The position numbers and the translations under genes were made by a program. The notes below the pieces were generated by a model that was not told where the DNA came from, ran no database searches, and saw only the letters and a list, made by a program, of their open reading frames with translations. From a virus (lineage: Duplodnaviria > Caudoviricetes): a stretch of DNA of 64,000 nucleotides. The stretch is taken from IMG/VR virus record IMGVR_UViG_3300020577_007690, positions 1 to 64,000 of that record; one strand, given 5' to 3'. Of this stretch, positions 26,639 through 35,558 are shown piece after piece (position 1 is the first letter of the stretch; each line of letters opens with the position of its first letter).

Positions 26639-27870
26639 GCCCTCGTGTAGCCGACGAACGCCTTGACACGGAGCGCGCCAGTCGTGATGAGTGCGCCACC
26701 GACACACTCGATGCGGAGTGAGTCGCTTGGGAGCATGGTGAAGGCGTTCAGATCGTTGATAACATCGACGCTTGTGCCGCCCGCAAGGAGCGTTGCGGCG
26801 ATGACCTGATCGAGTCCGTTCTTCTGGAGGGTGTAGACCTGGCTGTCGTCCACAGGACCGACGCCAGCTCGGATGCTGAGCCTGTTGATCCGCACCGGGT
26901 ACGGCGGCGACCACTCGCCCATGACGGCGGCGACTAGAGGCGCCTGGCGGTCTTCTGTGCCCAGGTCGAGGAAGCATTCGGTGGTGTCGTTGCGCGTCGT
27001 CGTGTTGCCGAAGACGATGATGCCTCCGTTGTCACGGAGGAGAGCGTGCCCATCGAACATGAAGTCGTAGGTGAGCCCGACGATGTCCACCGCGACCACC
27101 TGGCCGATCTGCCGCGGGATGGTGCCTGGCGTGAACCACGACGGCGAGCCGGCATCGCTGGCGAACACCGGATCTCCGGCCAGCTCGGAGCCTGTACCGG
27201 GCATGCTGCGTACCAGCCCGTGCTTGCGTGCGTAGAGCACCGCTCCGTTGGCAGGAGCAGCGCTACCGTCCACCCCTGTCGAGAGGATGTAGAGGTCGTT
27301 CTGCATGTTGCCAGCGATGTTGGCGAACGCGCGGTGAACGACTGGTAGCGTCTCCTCACCAGGCAGCCCGGTCTTGATCTTCGTGGTGCCGTCCACCATG
27401 AGGACGTGACGTGTCTGAAGACCGATCTGCCCTGCCACTGCGACAAGCAGACCGGAGTCTGCTTGAAGGTCGGTCACGCGCTTGTTGTAGCGGTTCTGCG
27501 CAGTCGCCCACCCGTTCGCGCCGTCCACTTCGAGCGTCTCGCCAGCAGCGGGCCGCCGCTCCCCGGTCTTGACGTCGCGTGTCCACGGGATGCACGTCGT
27601 GACCTTCTCGTCGGCGAGGTTCTTGTTCACCGTGAGCTGCACGAGAGGAGAGCCCTCGTAGTCGACGTTGAGAAGCTTCGGTGCCTGGATGTTCGGGTTG
27701 TCGAGAACGACGGCGCTCCCCTCCGGCTTCGAGACGATCTCCCAGAGGTACGAAACCTCCCCACCGTTGTTGACGTTGTTGAGCTGGACGTCTGTCGTTG
27801 CGGGCCAGGTGAGCGGAACTTCGCGCGCTCGCGTGGTCACACCGTTGATCTGTGTGAGGGCTTGGGTCAT
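26635..27870 (-). CDS. Tail fibre/baseplate-associated structural protein
   Basis: 411 aa, position in the operon; PKD-like N-terminus SYLWEIVSKPEGS. Confidence 0.5.
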   Translation of the reverse strand: MTQALTQINGVTTRAREVPLTWPATTDVQLNNVNNGGEVSYLWEIVSKPEGSAVVLDNPNIQAPKLLNVDYEGSPLVQLTVNKNLADEKVTTCIPWTRDVKTGERRPAAGETLEVDGANGWATAQNRYNKRVTDLQADSGLLVAVAGQIGLQTRHVLMVDGTTKIKTGLPGEETLPVVHRAFANIAGNMQNDLYILSTGVDGSAAPANGAVLYARKHGLVRSMPGTGSELAGDPVFASDAGSPSWFTPGTIPRQIGQVVAVDIVGLTYDFMFDGHALLRDNGGIIVFGNTTTRNDTTECFLDLGTEDRQAPLVAAVMGEWSPPYPVRINRLSIRAGVGPVDDSQVYTLQKNGLDQVIAATLLAGGTSVDVINDLNAFTMLPSDSLRIECVGGALITTGALRVKAFVGYTRA

Positions 27871-27881
27871 CGCGTGCTCTC

Positions 27882-29054
27882 CTAATCGATCGCCACGTTG
27901 AAGCTGTACTCGATCGGGTCTGGGAACCCAGTCTCAGACGTTGCGCCGGCAACCTGCCGCATCGCATAGAACTGGATAAGGACCCCGTTTTGTCTTGTGC
28001 AGAGCAGCGTGACCGGATCAGTCACCGCAGGATCTTGAAGGATTGTGCGAACCGCCGGGTCGAGGATGCGTCCGATGCTGATCTGCGCAACCTGCTCGAC
28101 CAGGATGTCTGCGATGTTGAAGCCGCCGCGAACGATCTTGACCGTTGGGTGAGCCTTGGTGATGCCGCCACCGAGGATGTATAGATCGACACGTCCGCTG
28201 TTGAGCGCCACGCCGTGCGCCGCCACCTTGATGCCGGGCGGCGCACTCAACGAGAGAAGCGTCGGCTTGACGTTGGCGGCAGTGCGCAGCGAGATGCGAC
28301 CGGACACCACACCCTGACCGTGAGGGTAGATCAGCGCGCGTTCGTCTGTGATGAAGTCGCCGTCCACGGTGCCGGGCGGGTTGTCCACCGCGTTGCGCAC
28401 GACGATCTCGGCGATCTTGATGTAGCCCGCGGAGGTCGGCGGCGGGACTTCTGTCCCGGTGATCGCCGCTGCACCGACCTTGTAGCCGATCGGCGTCGTC
28501 GACTCTGCGGGAGTGTTGACCTGCCCCGTCAGATCGTCCATGGCGAACGACAGCGTCTTGCGCACGAGCGCAGGGATGAAGTCGTCCTGCGGCTCCGAGA
28601 ACATCGTTCGCGTGCTCGGATCGTCCAGGTAGCGCGTGTAGCGCACCTCGATGATATCGATCCGGGTGTTGCCTGCCGCAGGCGCAGGCGCGAGCGAGAT
28701 CTGCTGGAACTTGGTGAGTACCAGGGGCTTGATGGCGCTCACATCGTCGAGTCCGCCGACGCTCTCGAAGTTGGTGACGATTCCTTCCGACGTCTCGTCA
28801 ACTTGGAACCCCAGGCCGGGTGTGATGCGTACCGTGCTGCTCGGCGGAGACGTCGGCAGGACACGGAAGCCGCCGCCGATGAAGCCATCGGCAGGGAGTC
28901 CAGGCGACGGGTCAGCGATGGACGCGCGCCTCCTCGTCAGATGGAACAGATAGTCGCGGATCGACTGATCGATCTGGGAAGACGTGAGGTTGAAGTCGGC
29001 GACGGTCGGTCGCTCTCGCAGGTTGATGTAGCCACGGTCGAATGTCTTGCGCAT
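27882..29054 (-). CDS. Tail fibre/baseplate protein, paralogue 2
   Basis: 390 aa; shares RIDIIEV.Y.RY, KTLS.A.D.LTGQVN, IGYKVG and GYIKIAEI.VRN.VDNP.GT with the neighbouring gene. Confidence 0.55.
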   Translation of the reverse strand: MRKTFDRGYINLRERPTVADFNLTSSQIDQSIRDYLFHLTRRRASIADPSPGLPADGFIGGGFRVLPTSPPSSTVRITPGLGFQVDETSEGIVTNFESVGGLDDVSAIKPLVLTKFQQISLAPAPAAGNTRIDIIEVRYTRYLDDPSTRTMFSEPQDDFIPALVRKTLSFAMDDLTGQVNTPAESTTPIGYKVGAAAITGTEVPPPTSAGYIKIAEIVVRNAVDNPPGTVDGDFITDERALIYPHGQGVVSGRISLRTAANVKPTLLSLSAPPGIKVAAHGVALNSGRVDLYILGGGITKAHPTVKIVRGGFNIADILVEQVAQISIGRILDPAVRTILQDPAVTDPVTLLCTRQNGVLIQFYAMRQVAGATSETGFPDPIEYSFNVAID

Positions 29055-29057
29055 GTA

Positions 29058-30254
29058 CTATCTCCCGATCGTCCCGCTCAGTCGATACGTGACGGTGGAA
29101 CCGATGTCCGCTGGCGCCTCGCTCGGATTGCCTGCGCCACCTGCCCAGGCGAGCGCCGACAGCTCCAGTCTGAGGCATGGCTGACCTACCGCGACCTTGA
29201 TACCTGCGGGGGAAGCGTTCGGACCTGCGATGGCTGTCTGATCTCCGCTCGTGATCGTCGTGGACGCGAGACGCTTTGTCACGTCGAACATGCGAGGTGG
29301 GTCGATGATGCGCTTGAACAGCTCGATGTCCACGTCGTATGCCAGGTCGGCGTTGTTGTTCCCGGCGATGATGTAGACGGTGTGGCGAGCGCCGACAACA
29401 TCGGTGGCGACCGACACTAGCTTGACCCCCGGCGGCGTGTTGATGTGCGTGACCGTCGGTGCGGCGAGCGCGCCAGTCGGAACGGCGATCTTCGCCGAGA
29501 AGTTGAGCAGGCCGAACTCGCCGAGGAGGGGACGAACGTCCTTGATAAAGTCGTCGTCGATCGTGCCCGCCGGGTTGTCCACCACGTTGCGGACGAGGAT
29601 TTCAGCGATCTTGATGTAACCAGCGGTCGTGGCGGGGGCAGCGGGGACCGGCGCTGGGATGCCGACCTTGTAGCCGATGTTGGCCGTGCTCGGGTTCGGG
29701 TCGTTCACCTGCCCCGTCAGTGTGTCGAGCGCCCACGACAGGGTCTTGGGGACTTCGTTCGTCGGGTCGAAGCGCTCGGCACCAGGGTTGAGGATGTCGC
29801 GCACCTGCGCATCCGTCGGATAGCGCGCGTACTTCACCTCGATGATGTCGATGCGACTGTTCGGGGCGGCGGGGACAGCGGCCAGGTTGATGACGATGTC
29901 GTCGAAGAGGACAAGCGGCTTATAACCCTCGACGTCGTTTGTCCCCAGCGTGTTGGGGATCGTCGTCGAGATGTCGGACGGACGATCAGCGTCGTTGAGC
30001 TGGTAGCCGATGCCCTTGCGGAGCGTGACCCGGTTGCCGAGCGGGTCTGTGGCGCGCACCTTGAAGCTGTCGGACAGGAAGCCGCTCGGGGCGGTCGCGC
30101 GCCGGTCGTCTGCGTCGGAGAAGCGCGGCGTGTAGAGGAGCCGCGCGAGCACGCGACCAGTCTGGTCGGCGTAGGATTGGAGGCGGTTCAGATCCCTGGA
30201 GAGCAGCTTCTCCAGGTTGTTCTGCTGCATGCGGTCGAACGGCTTGTCACCCAT
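29058..30254 (-). CDS. Tail fibre/baseplate protein, paralogue 1
   Basis: 398 aa; tandem paralogue; leaderless TAGCAT-N6-ATG. Confidence 0.55.
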   Translation of the reverse strand: MGDKPFDRMQQNNLEKLLSRDLNRLQSYADQTGRVLARLLYTPRFSDADDRRATAPSGFLSDSFKVRATDPLGNRVTLRKGIGYQLNDADRPSDISTTIPNTLGTNDVEGYKPLVLFDDIVINLAAVPAAPNSRIDIIEVKYARYPTDAQVRDILNPGAERFDPTNEVPKTLSWALDTLTGQVNDPNPSTANIGYKVGIPAPVPAAPATTAGYIKIAEILVRNVVDNPAGTIDDDFIKDVRPLLGEFGLLNFSAKIAVPTGALAAPTVTHINTPPGVKLVSVATDVVGARHTVYIIAGNNNADLAYDVDIELFKRIIDPPRMFDVTKRLASTTITSGDQTAIAGPNASPAGIKVAVGQPCLRLELSALAWAGGAGNPSEAPADIGSTVTYRLSGTIGR

Positions 30255-30272
30255 GCGACGATGCTATCACGT

Positions 30273-31517
30273 CTAGGTCGGTGGCTTGATCTCCGTCAGG
30301 CAGATCTCCAGGCTCCCGTCGTAGCCGCCCGACTTGATGCGCTGGATGAGATCGTTGAGCCCACCGTAAGCAGCCCTACGTTTCTGGTCCACTCCGTCAC
30401 ACGCCGCGGGGCCGCGCGCCCAGTTCTGCGGCAGATCACAAGCGTCGAAGCCGCGACGCCAGCCAGGGCGCCCCTTGGTCGAGAAGTCGGTGACGGTCAG
30501 GCCAGGATCGTCACAGACCATCGCCATGGAGCCGAAGCACTGAAGGTTGGGCACGAGGATGATGAAGCTACCTGCGCAATCGTCTTCCGACATCCAGCGG
30601 TTGCGGAAGGGGTACTCCGATCGCGGGTCGTCGAGCACGAAGACGTTGGGCTTGTAGTTGCCCTTCGTGATGGTTGGTCCGTCCCAGCACGTCTGATAGT
30701 CGAGGCCGTATGGCTCGATGTAGACGAACGGGACGTTGAGCTGCGACAGGTAGAAGTAGACCGAGCGCATGATCGCGAGCGGGCTCACCGTGTCGGGGAG
30801 CTGCCGCAGTCGCGCGCGGAACATCTCCTCCGACTCGCCATCGCGCATCGAAGTGCCGCGCTCAATGCCCAGCTCTTCGAGCATGGCGCCTGCGCCTCCG
30901 CTCGCGTCTACCAGGTTGGCGCAGGTGATGGTGTGGTCCCAGAAGACGGGGTCGGTGATCAGCTCGTCGACCGTGTCGATCTCACCAGGGATCGTCTCGC
31001 CTGCTGCGGTGACGCGCGGCCCCTGAACGTTGTACTCCCATCCTGTCGCCTCGGCGCGGCACATCGCTGTGTGCGGTCCGACGTCGCCGATGCCGAACGC
31101 AAGGTCAGTCGTCAGAATGAACCGGCGACCACCCTTCGACGTCTTGACCTTCGTGCCTGCCTTCACGACGCCAGCGCCAGCGCCAGCGTTCGCACGAGAA
31201 AACGCTACCTCCGTGCAGGTAGCGAATGCGCCGCGCTTTGCCCACGAGATGAACGTGCTCTCCGCGTTGTTGACCTGCGCCTGGCTGGCGCGCTCACCCA
31301 CTGCCGCCATCGCCTTGAACAGCTCGTAGCCTTCTCCGCTCTCTCGGATCGGCGTGATGTAGTTGTCAGGGAAGATGCGATCGAAGAGCCGCAGGAAGAA
31401 CGCCTGGTCGAGCACCTGAAATGGGCTCGGACCGATGTTCCCTGCGAGCAGGAAGACGAGCAGGTCGTCTGGATTCTCTGGCGGAGGAGGCGGGGAGTCG
31501 ACATAGGTGGTCGGCAT
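30273..31517 (-). CDS. Baseplate J/gp47-like wedge protein (second copy)
   Basis: VVKAGTKVKT...FILTTD...CRAEATGWEYN...GESEEMFRARL resembles baseplate J; leaderless TAGCAT-N6-ATG. Confidence 0.55.
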   Translation of the reverse strand: MPTTYVDSPPPPPENPDDLLVFLLAGNIGPSPFQVLDQAFFLRLFDRIFPDNYITPIRESGEGYELFKAMAAVGERASQAQVNNAESTFISWAKRGAFATCTEVAFSRANAGAGAGVVKAGTKVKTSKGGRRFILTTDLAFGIGDVGPHTAMCRAEATGWEYNVQGPRVTAAGETIPGEIDTVDELITDPVFWDHTITCANLVDASGGAGAMLEELGIERGTSMRDGESEEMFRARLRQLPDTVSPLAIMRSVYFYLSQLNVPFVYIEPYGLDYQTCWDGPTITKGNYKPNVFVLDDPRSEYPFRNRWMSEDDCAGSFIILVPNLQCFGSMAMVCDDPGLTVTDFSTKGRPGWRRGFDACDLPQNWARGPAACDGVDQKRRAAYGGLNDLIQRIKSGGYDGSLEICLTEIKPPT

Positions 31518-31523
31518 GTCTTC

Positions 31524-31581
31524 ATGCTACAACACCTGAACGAACGTCAGGTGTTGGAATCCTGCGGGAGATGACTATGAT
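31524..31581. promoter_or_regulatory. Bidirectional promoter cassette, copy 5: leaderless -10 TAGCAT (minus), palindrome CAACACCTGA-N7-TCAGGTGTTG, and TTGGAA-N16-TATGAT (plus)
   Basis: -35 at 31554-31559, -10 at 31576-31581; the predicted + strand start (about 31588-31589) coincides with the first stem of element A. Confidence 0.65.
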
Positions 31582-31588
31582 GTTCTCT

Positions 31589-32180
31589 GTCCTCGGCACT
31601 CGTGAAGAGGTCTCGAAAAGCGGACGCTGGTTACGCCCTGGTCGACACAGAGCCGAAGCTGTGAACTTCGCAGCAGGCAAGGCTTAAAGCCGGATGGCCG
31701 CAGTACCCCACTGAAGACAAGCCCTGAACGGTGGGTCAGATGACCGTGGGCCACGGGGTCACTGTAGCGCGCGTCGTCGAAAGACGATCTTCTCCCAGTG
31801 ACAGCCGAGGACACCCTTTATACCTTGAGCAGCGCGCCGAAGACGCGAGAGAAGTGATGCCTCTTGATGGACTGCGCCGAAAGGCGAGTGTGAGTCGCTG
31901 CTCCGGGGACCTTTGCTTGATGAGGTGATGTCTTCGCACGCCTGACAAGCGATAGGGGTGTCGTTAAGCCCTGTAGAAGTGATCACCATCGCCTCATCGA
32001 GCTTTTTTCTTATGGCGCGCGTAACGCGAATGAACAGCTCCGGCCACAAGCTGGGTGTGCAGAGTGAAACCTGCCGCGCGCCACTTCTTGAGAACTTCTC
32101 GCAACCACCGACCCCTAAGTAGCCAGCCCGACTCGGCGTAAATCGAGGTAGGCGCACGGCGTTGCGGGAAGTTCTCTTTA
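31589..32180 (+). ncRNA. Large, ornately structured ncRNA candidate (element A, about 590 nt), antisense to the baseplate operon
   Basis: ORF-free gap with its own promoter; nested 8-16 bp stems with G-U pairs on the + strand, GAAA tetraloops and U-rich runs after the long stems. Confidence 0.7.
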
Positions 32181-33380
32181 TCCGAAGCTGTCGGCGTTGA
32201 CGCTGAGCGTGAGCGGGCGATCAGGCTGCACGCTGTTCGCAGTCACGTTGGCGAGCGAGCTGCGGAACACCTGAAGCGGCTTGGCGACAACGTCTCCGAT
32301 GGGGGAAGCGATCTCGTTGCCGGTGAAGCTCACACCGCGCACACGACGGAGCGCGTCTCGAAGCGTGGTCAGAGAGAGCGTCTGCCCGCGGCGGAGCAGG
32401 TTGATCTCGTTCACTATGGCGACGCGCGCTCTGTAGGCTGTGTCGTTGATGTCGGCGCCTGCGGTGAACGTCAGGTTCAAGTTGACGGGCATCACGATGA
32501 CGCTCGCCAGCTCGACGAACACAGGTCCGCCACCCGATCGCGTGTCAGCAAGCGCGTCCTGCACGGTCTGCGCGAGCACACGCGACTGCGACTCGTAGAC
32601 GGGCGGTACGGTTGTCTGGTCGATCAGCAGCTCCGTGAACCTGTCGGTGATGCCGAGCAAGACCACCTTGTTCGGGAGCCCCAGGTTGTTCAGCACCTCC
32701 GTTGCCACGGCGGTCTTGACGCCAGGCACACGCAGAGCACGCGCTTCGATGGCAGCCAGCGTCCCGCGGCGGGCTGCATCGAAGAAGCGCTGTGCGCTCT
32801 GCCTGTAGTCGGGGTCTGAAGCCTCGTCGTCACCGACCGTCGCTGCACGAGGGTTGGTGACGCGCAGATCAGTTGGTGCGTTCGGGATCTGGGTGATCAG
32901 GTTGGTGATGGTGTTGGGGAGCGCGTACTGGTCGCGGCCTGCGAGCGCAGAGCGAACGCGGACGGTCAGCGGCCCGCGAGAATTCTTGGGGAACGTCGCG
33001 TCGTGCGTGGTGAGCCACTGCACACCGGCCTCGTCCGAGATGATCGTGTCGTGTTCGATGGGGAACGCAGCCAGCGTGAGCGCGTCTGTCTCGAAATCGA
33101 CGGAGCAGAGCGAGACGGCGGCGCGCTTCCTCGCCAGGGCGATGCTGTCGAGCAGCTTGTAGTCGAGCTTGTCGCCTCGCGCCGAGGCGTTGTAGTAGGC
33201 GCTCTGGAACGCGATCTGCTGCCCCATGAGCGCGTCTCCGACAGCCGCCATTCCTTGTAGGAGTGCCCAAGCGTCTGTGCCTGGCGTCTCAACAGCCAGC
33301 CGCGTCAGCTTCGGTTGATCTTCGAGGAGGGCTACCTTCGCGACGCGAAGGAAATCCGCTTTGGTTGGAAAGTCCGCCAT
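32178..33380 (-). CDS. Baseplate J/gp47-like wedge protein
   Basis: ARGDKLD...RKRAAVS...VRSALAGRDQYA...GDDEASDPDYR...ARRGTLAAIEARALRVPGV. Confidence 0.8.
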   Translation of the reverse strand: MADFPTKADFLRVAKVALLEDQPKLTRLAVETPGTDAWALLQGMAAVGDALMGQQIAFQSAYYNASARGDKLDYKLLDSIALARKRAAVSLCSVDFETDALTLAAFPIEHDTIISDEAGVQWLTTHDATFPKNSRGPLTVRVRSALAGRDQYALPNTITNLITQIPNAPTDLRVTNPRAATVGDDEASDPDYRQSAQRFFDAARRGTLAAIEARALRVPGVKTAVATEVLNNLGLPNKVVLLGITDRFTELLIDQTTVPPVYESQSRVLAQTVQDALADTRSGGGPVFVELASVIVMPVNLNLTFTAGADINDTAYRARVAIVNEINLLRRGQTLSLTTLRDALRRVRGVSFTGNEIASPIGDVVAKPLQVFRSSLANVTANSVQPDRPLTLSVNADSFG

Positions 33381-33386
33381 GAGTGA

Positions 33387-33440
33387 ATTCTACACTGAAC
33401 GAACGTCAGGCGTTGGAATTGCGATGGGAGCACTTATGCT
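33387..33440. promoter_or_regulatory. Bidirectional promoter cassette, copy 6: leaderless -10 TAGAAT (minus), CTGAACGAACGTCAGG, and TTGGAA-N16-TATGCT (plus)
   Basis: -35 at 33413-33418, -10 at 33435-33440. Confidence 0.65.
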
Positions 33441-33474
33441 ACTGTGGAACAACCAACGTGTATCAGGAGAGAAC

Positions 33475-34143
33475 ATGAGGACAGCAGCATTTGTAGGAAT
33501 CCTTCTATTGGTAGTTGGGTGTGGCTATTACCCAACCAAACCGCCATCGCAGACGCCGCCTGTCGAGGAGCCGCCCCAGGACATGGGGCTACCGTACACG
33601 TCCGCTCCGCCGCACGTCGGCGAGAGGAGCGTAGCGGGCGGCCTCACGAGCGGCACGCGCCTGAAGGTGCAGCGCATCGGTGGTCAGGATGGTAGCACGC
33701 AGGCGCTCAACCTCTTCTGGGACAGCGTGCTCTCCATGGAATGCACGTTCCTCTCTGCCGGAGAGCCTGACGGCGTGACGCGCTGCCTGCCGGTGGGCAG
33801 CAACGAGCAGATCGCAGTCCCCGACTTCTACACCGACGACCGCTGCGACGCGCCCGTCTTCGTCGTGCCGTCGTGTGACAAGCCAGTGCAGTACCTGACG
33901 GCGATCCGGCCCGTGTTCGGGCTCCCGAACCGTCCAGCGTACTGCCGCGGTGCGATCTCCGTGTGGCGCCTGCGCGAGGTGCTGCAAGTCGATCTGCCGC
34001 AGAGCTTCTACTACTGGGATGGCGTGGAGTGTCGCGCAGTGCGCTACAACGCTTCGCTGTACATGCGCTTCCTGGTGCCTGACGGAGCGGCTGAGCCGCT
34101 GGAGAACTTCGTCAAGGGAACGAAGATCGTCATCGACAACTAA
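33475..34143 (+). CDS. Lipoprotein (moron-like, opposite strand to the tail operon), Cys-containing myxobacterial-type domain
   Basis: AGGAGAG RBS, signal peptide with lipobox VVGC; GTRLKV...FWDSVLSMECTF...DGVTRCLP. Confidence 0.7.
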   Translation: MRTAAFVGILLLVVGCGYYPTKPPSQTPPVEEPPQDMGLPYTSAPPHVGERSVAGGLTSGTRLKVQRIGGQDGSTQALNLFWDSVLSMECTFLSAGEPDGVTRCLPVGSNEQIAVPDFYTDDRCDAPVFVVPSCDKPVQYLTAIRPVFGLPNRPAYCRGAISVWRLREVLQVDLPQSFYYWDGVECRAVRYNASLYMRFLVPDGAAEPLENFVKGTKIVIDN

Positions 34144-34961
34144 ACGAGCACGCCTGGTAAGGCGTAGTCCGCGCTGACAGGCTCGTCGGTGAACGACGCC
34201 AGCACCCGCGCGCGGATGTACACGATTCCACTCTCATCGTCAGTCTCCAGCTCCACAGCAGCGCTGCGCACTTCTGGGTCGCGAAGGAACCCTTCTTCGA
34301 TGCGGCGCTGTAGCGCTGTAATGTCCCCGATGGGTAGCGGCTCCTTTTCCTTGAAGCCAATGCCGAACGTATCATCGCCTGGCAACGTCCCTGGCGCCGT
34401 GATCAGCATGCGCTTGAGGCGTTTCTTAAGCGCCTCGATCTTCGCTTCCACTTCGTATAGACCGCGCCCGCCGATCTGAATCGTCGGACCTTCTTCCAAC
34501 GATCTGTTCCTGATGTCTACCACGCCCTGATACCGCGGAAGCGGATCGAGCGCGTTCGTGTTCTTCGTGCCGGCGAAGTCGATTCGGTTGGGCGCTGCGA
34601 TCCGAATACCAGAGCGTGTCCGCAACGTGGTCGATGACACACGGTGCCGTACTGCGACGACGCCGAGCCTGCGCAGCGTGAACAGATCCCAGACCAGCGG
34701 GTGGTCGAAGCGGCGGACGCCGATGACGATGAGATCTTGCCCCGTATCCAGGCGGGTGACGCGCCACGTCAGCGGCGTGTAGACGTCGCCTTCCAGGTAG
34801 GGAGTCAGGTTCTGCGGCTCGCGCGTCAGACCGATGCGCAGCGACGTCTCGCTCGTGGCGTAGGCGAAGCTAAGGGCGAGAGGCGCCGCTGCACCGAAGA
34901 ACGCTTCTGCGTCTCCGCCAAACTTGCCGAAACCGAATGCGCCCTTCTTTAGATCAGCCAT
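34140..34961 (-). CDS. Baseplate wedge subunit (gp25/GPW-like C-terminal domain)
   Basis: LKRMLITAPGTLPGDDTFGIG...LQRRIEEGFLRDPEVRSAAV. Confidence 0.7.
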   Translation of the reverse strand: MADLKKGAFGFGKFGGDAEAFFGAAAPLALSFAYATSETSLRIGLTREPQNLTPYLEGDVYTPLTWRVTRLDTGQDLIVIGVRRFDHPLVWDLFTLRRLGVVAVRHRVSSTTLRTRSGIRIAAPNRIDFAGTKNTNALDPLPRYQGVVDIRNRSLEEGPTIQIGGRGLYEVEAKIEALKKRLKRMLITAPGTLPGDDTFGIGFKEKEPLPIGDITALQRRIEEGFLRDPEVRSAAVELETDDESGIVYIRARVLASFTDEPVSADYALPGVLV

Positions 34962-34963
34962 GA

Positions 34964-35557
34964 CTACGATCCTACCTCAACACGACTGGCCTTGATCTCT
35001 GGGACGTTCGGCGAAGATGCTGTGGGTGGGTTGGTCGTACCGGAGCATGCCGCCAGCGCAACAACGCCTGTGAAGGTGTGCGTATGCCCATCCTTCCAAG
35101 CCTTGTCTCCATCGAGATAGCTCTTCAGGGTTGTCGCTTTTGTAGCAGGCTCGTGATTGTCCTTGTCGCCGAGGATGATCTTGCCCGTGTCTTCGCACAA
35201 GATGTACGCCTTGCCTTGGCCCGCCACCTCAATCCAGACGCTCTTGTCTTTCTTGATGGTGAGCACAACATCTTCCTTCTGGTCGATTGCGCGCTGCGGT
35301 GGCTCGTGTGACGGGCTCCACGCCTTGGCAAAGGCGACACAGCCCTCCATCGGATCGCCGGATGGAGAGACGATCACGATCTCGTCGTCGGGCTCTGGCG
35401 GCATCCACAGACCATGCGCCTTGCCTGTGTACGGCGAGAACCACCGGCAGGTGAGGCCGTAAGGACCGGCAGGCATGACATCCACTTCGACAAACACCCC
35501 ACTCTTTGAGATGTTCACTTCGGTGACGATGGCAAGGCTACTCCACGGAAAGTCCAT
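34964..35557 (-). CDS. Baseplate central spike (gpV/Gp5-OB type)
   Basis: GLWMPPEPDDEIVIVSPSGD OB-fold motif; C-terminal H-x-H (GHTHT) iron site. Confidence 0.75.
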   Translation of the reverse strand: MDFPWSSLAIVTEVNISKSGVFVEVDVMPAGPYGLTCRWFSPYTGKAHGLWMPPEPDDEIVIVSPSGDPMEGCVAFAKAWSPSHEPPQRAIDQKEDVVLTIKKDKSVWIEVAGQGKAYILCEDTGKIILGDKDNHEPATKATTLKSYLDGDKAWKDGHTHTFTGVVALAACSGTTNPPTASSPNVPEIKASRVEVGS

Positions 35558-35558
35558 C

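Noticed and set aside
31711-31782. Hammerhead ribozyme suggested by CTGAAGA ... GAAA
   Set aside because: The sequence after CUGAAGA does not pair with the sequence before GAAA, so stem II cannot form
31589-32180. Element A as RNase P RNA, tmRNA, SRP RNA or a group I/II intron
   Set aside because: No GAGGAAAGUCC/ACAGAA..CGGCUUA, no tRNA-like ends, no P7/J8-7 or domain V signature, and it interrupts no gene
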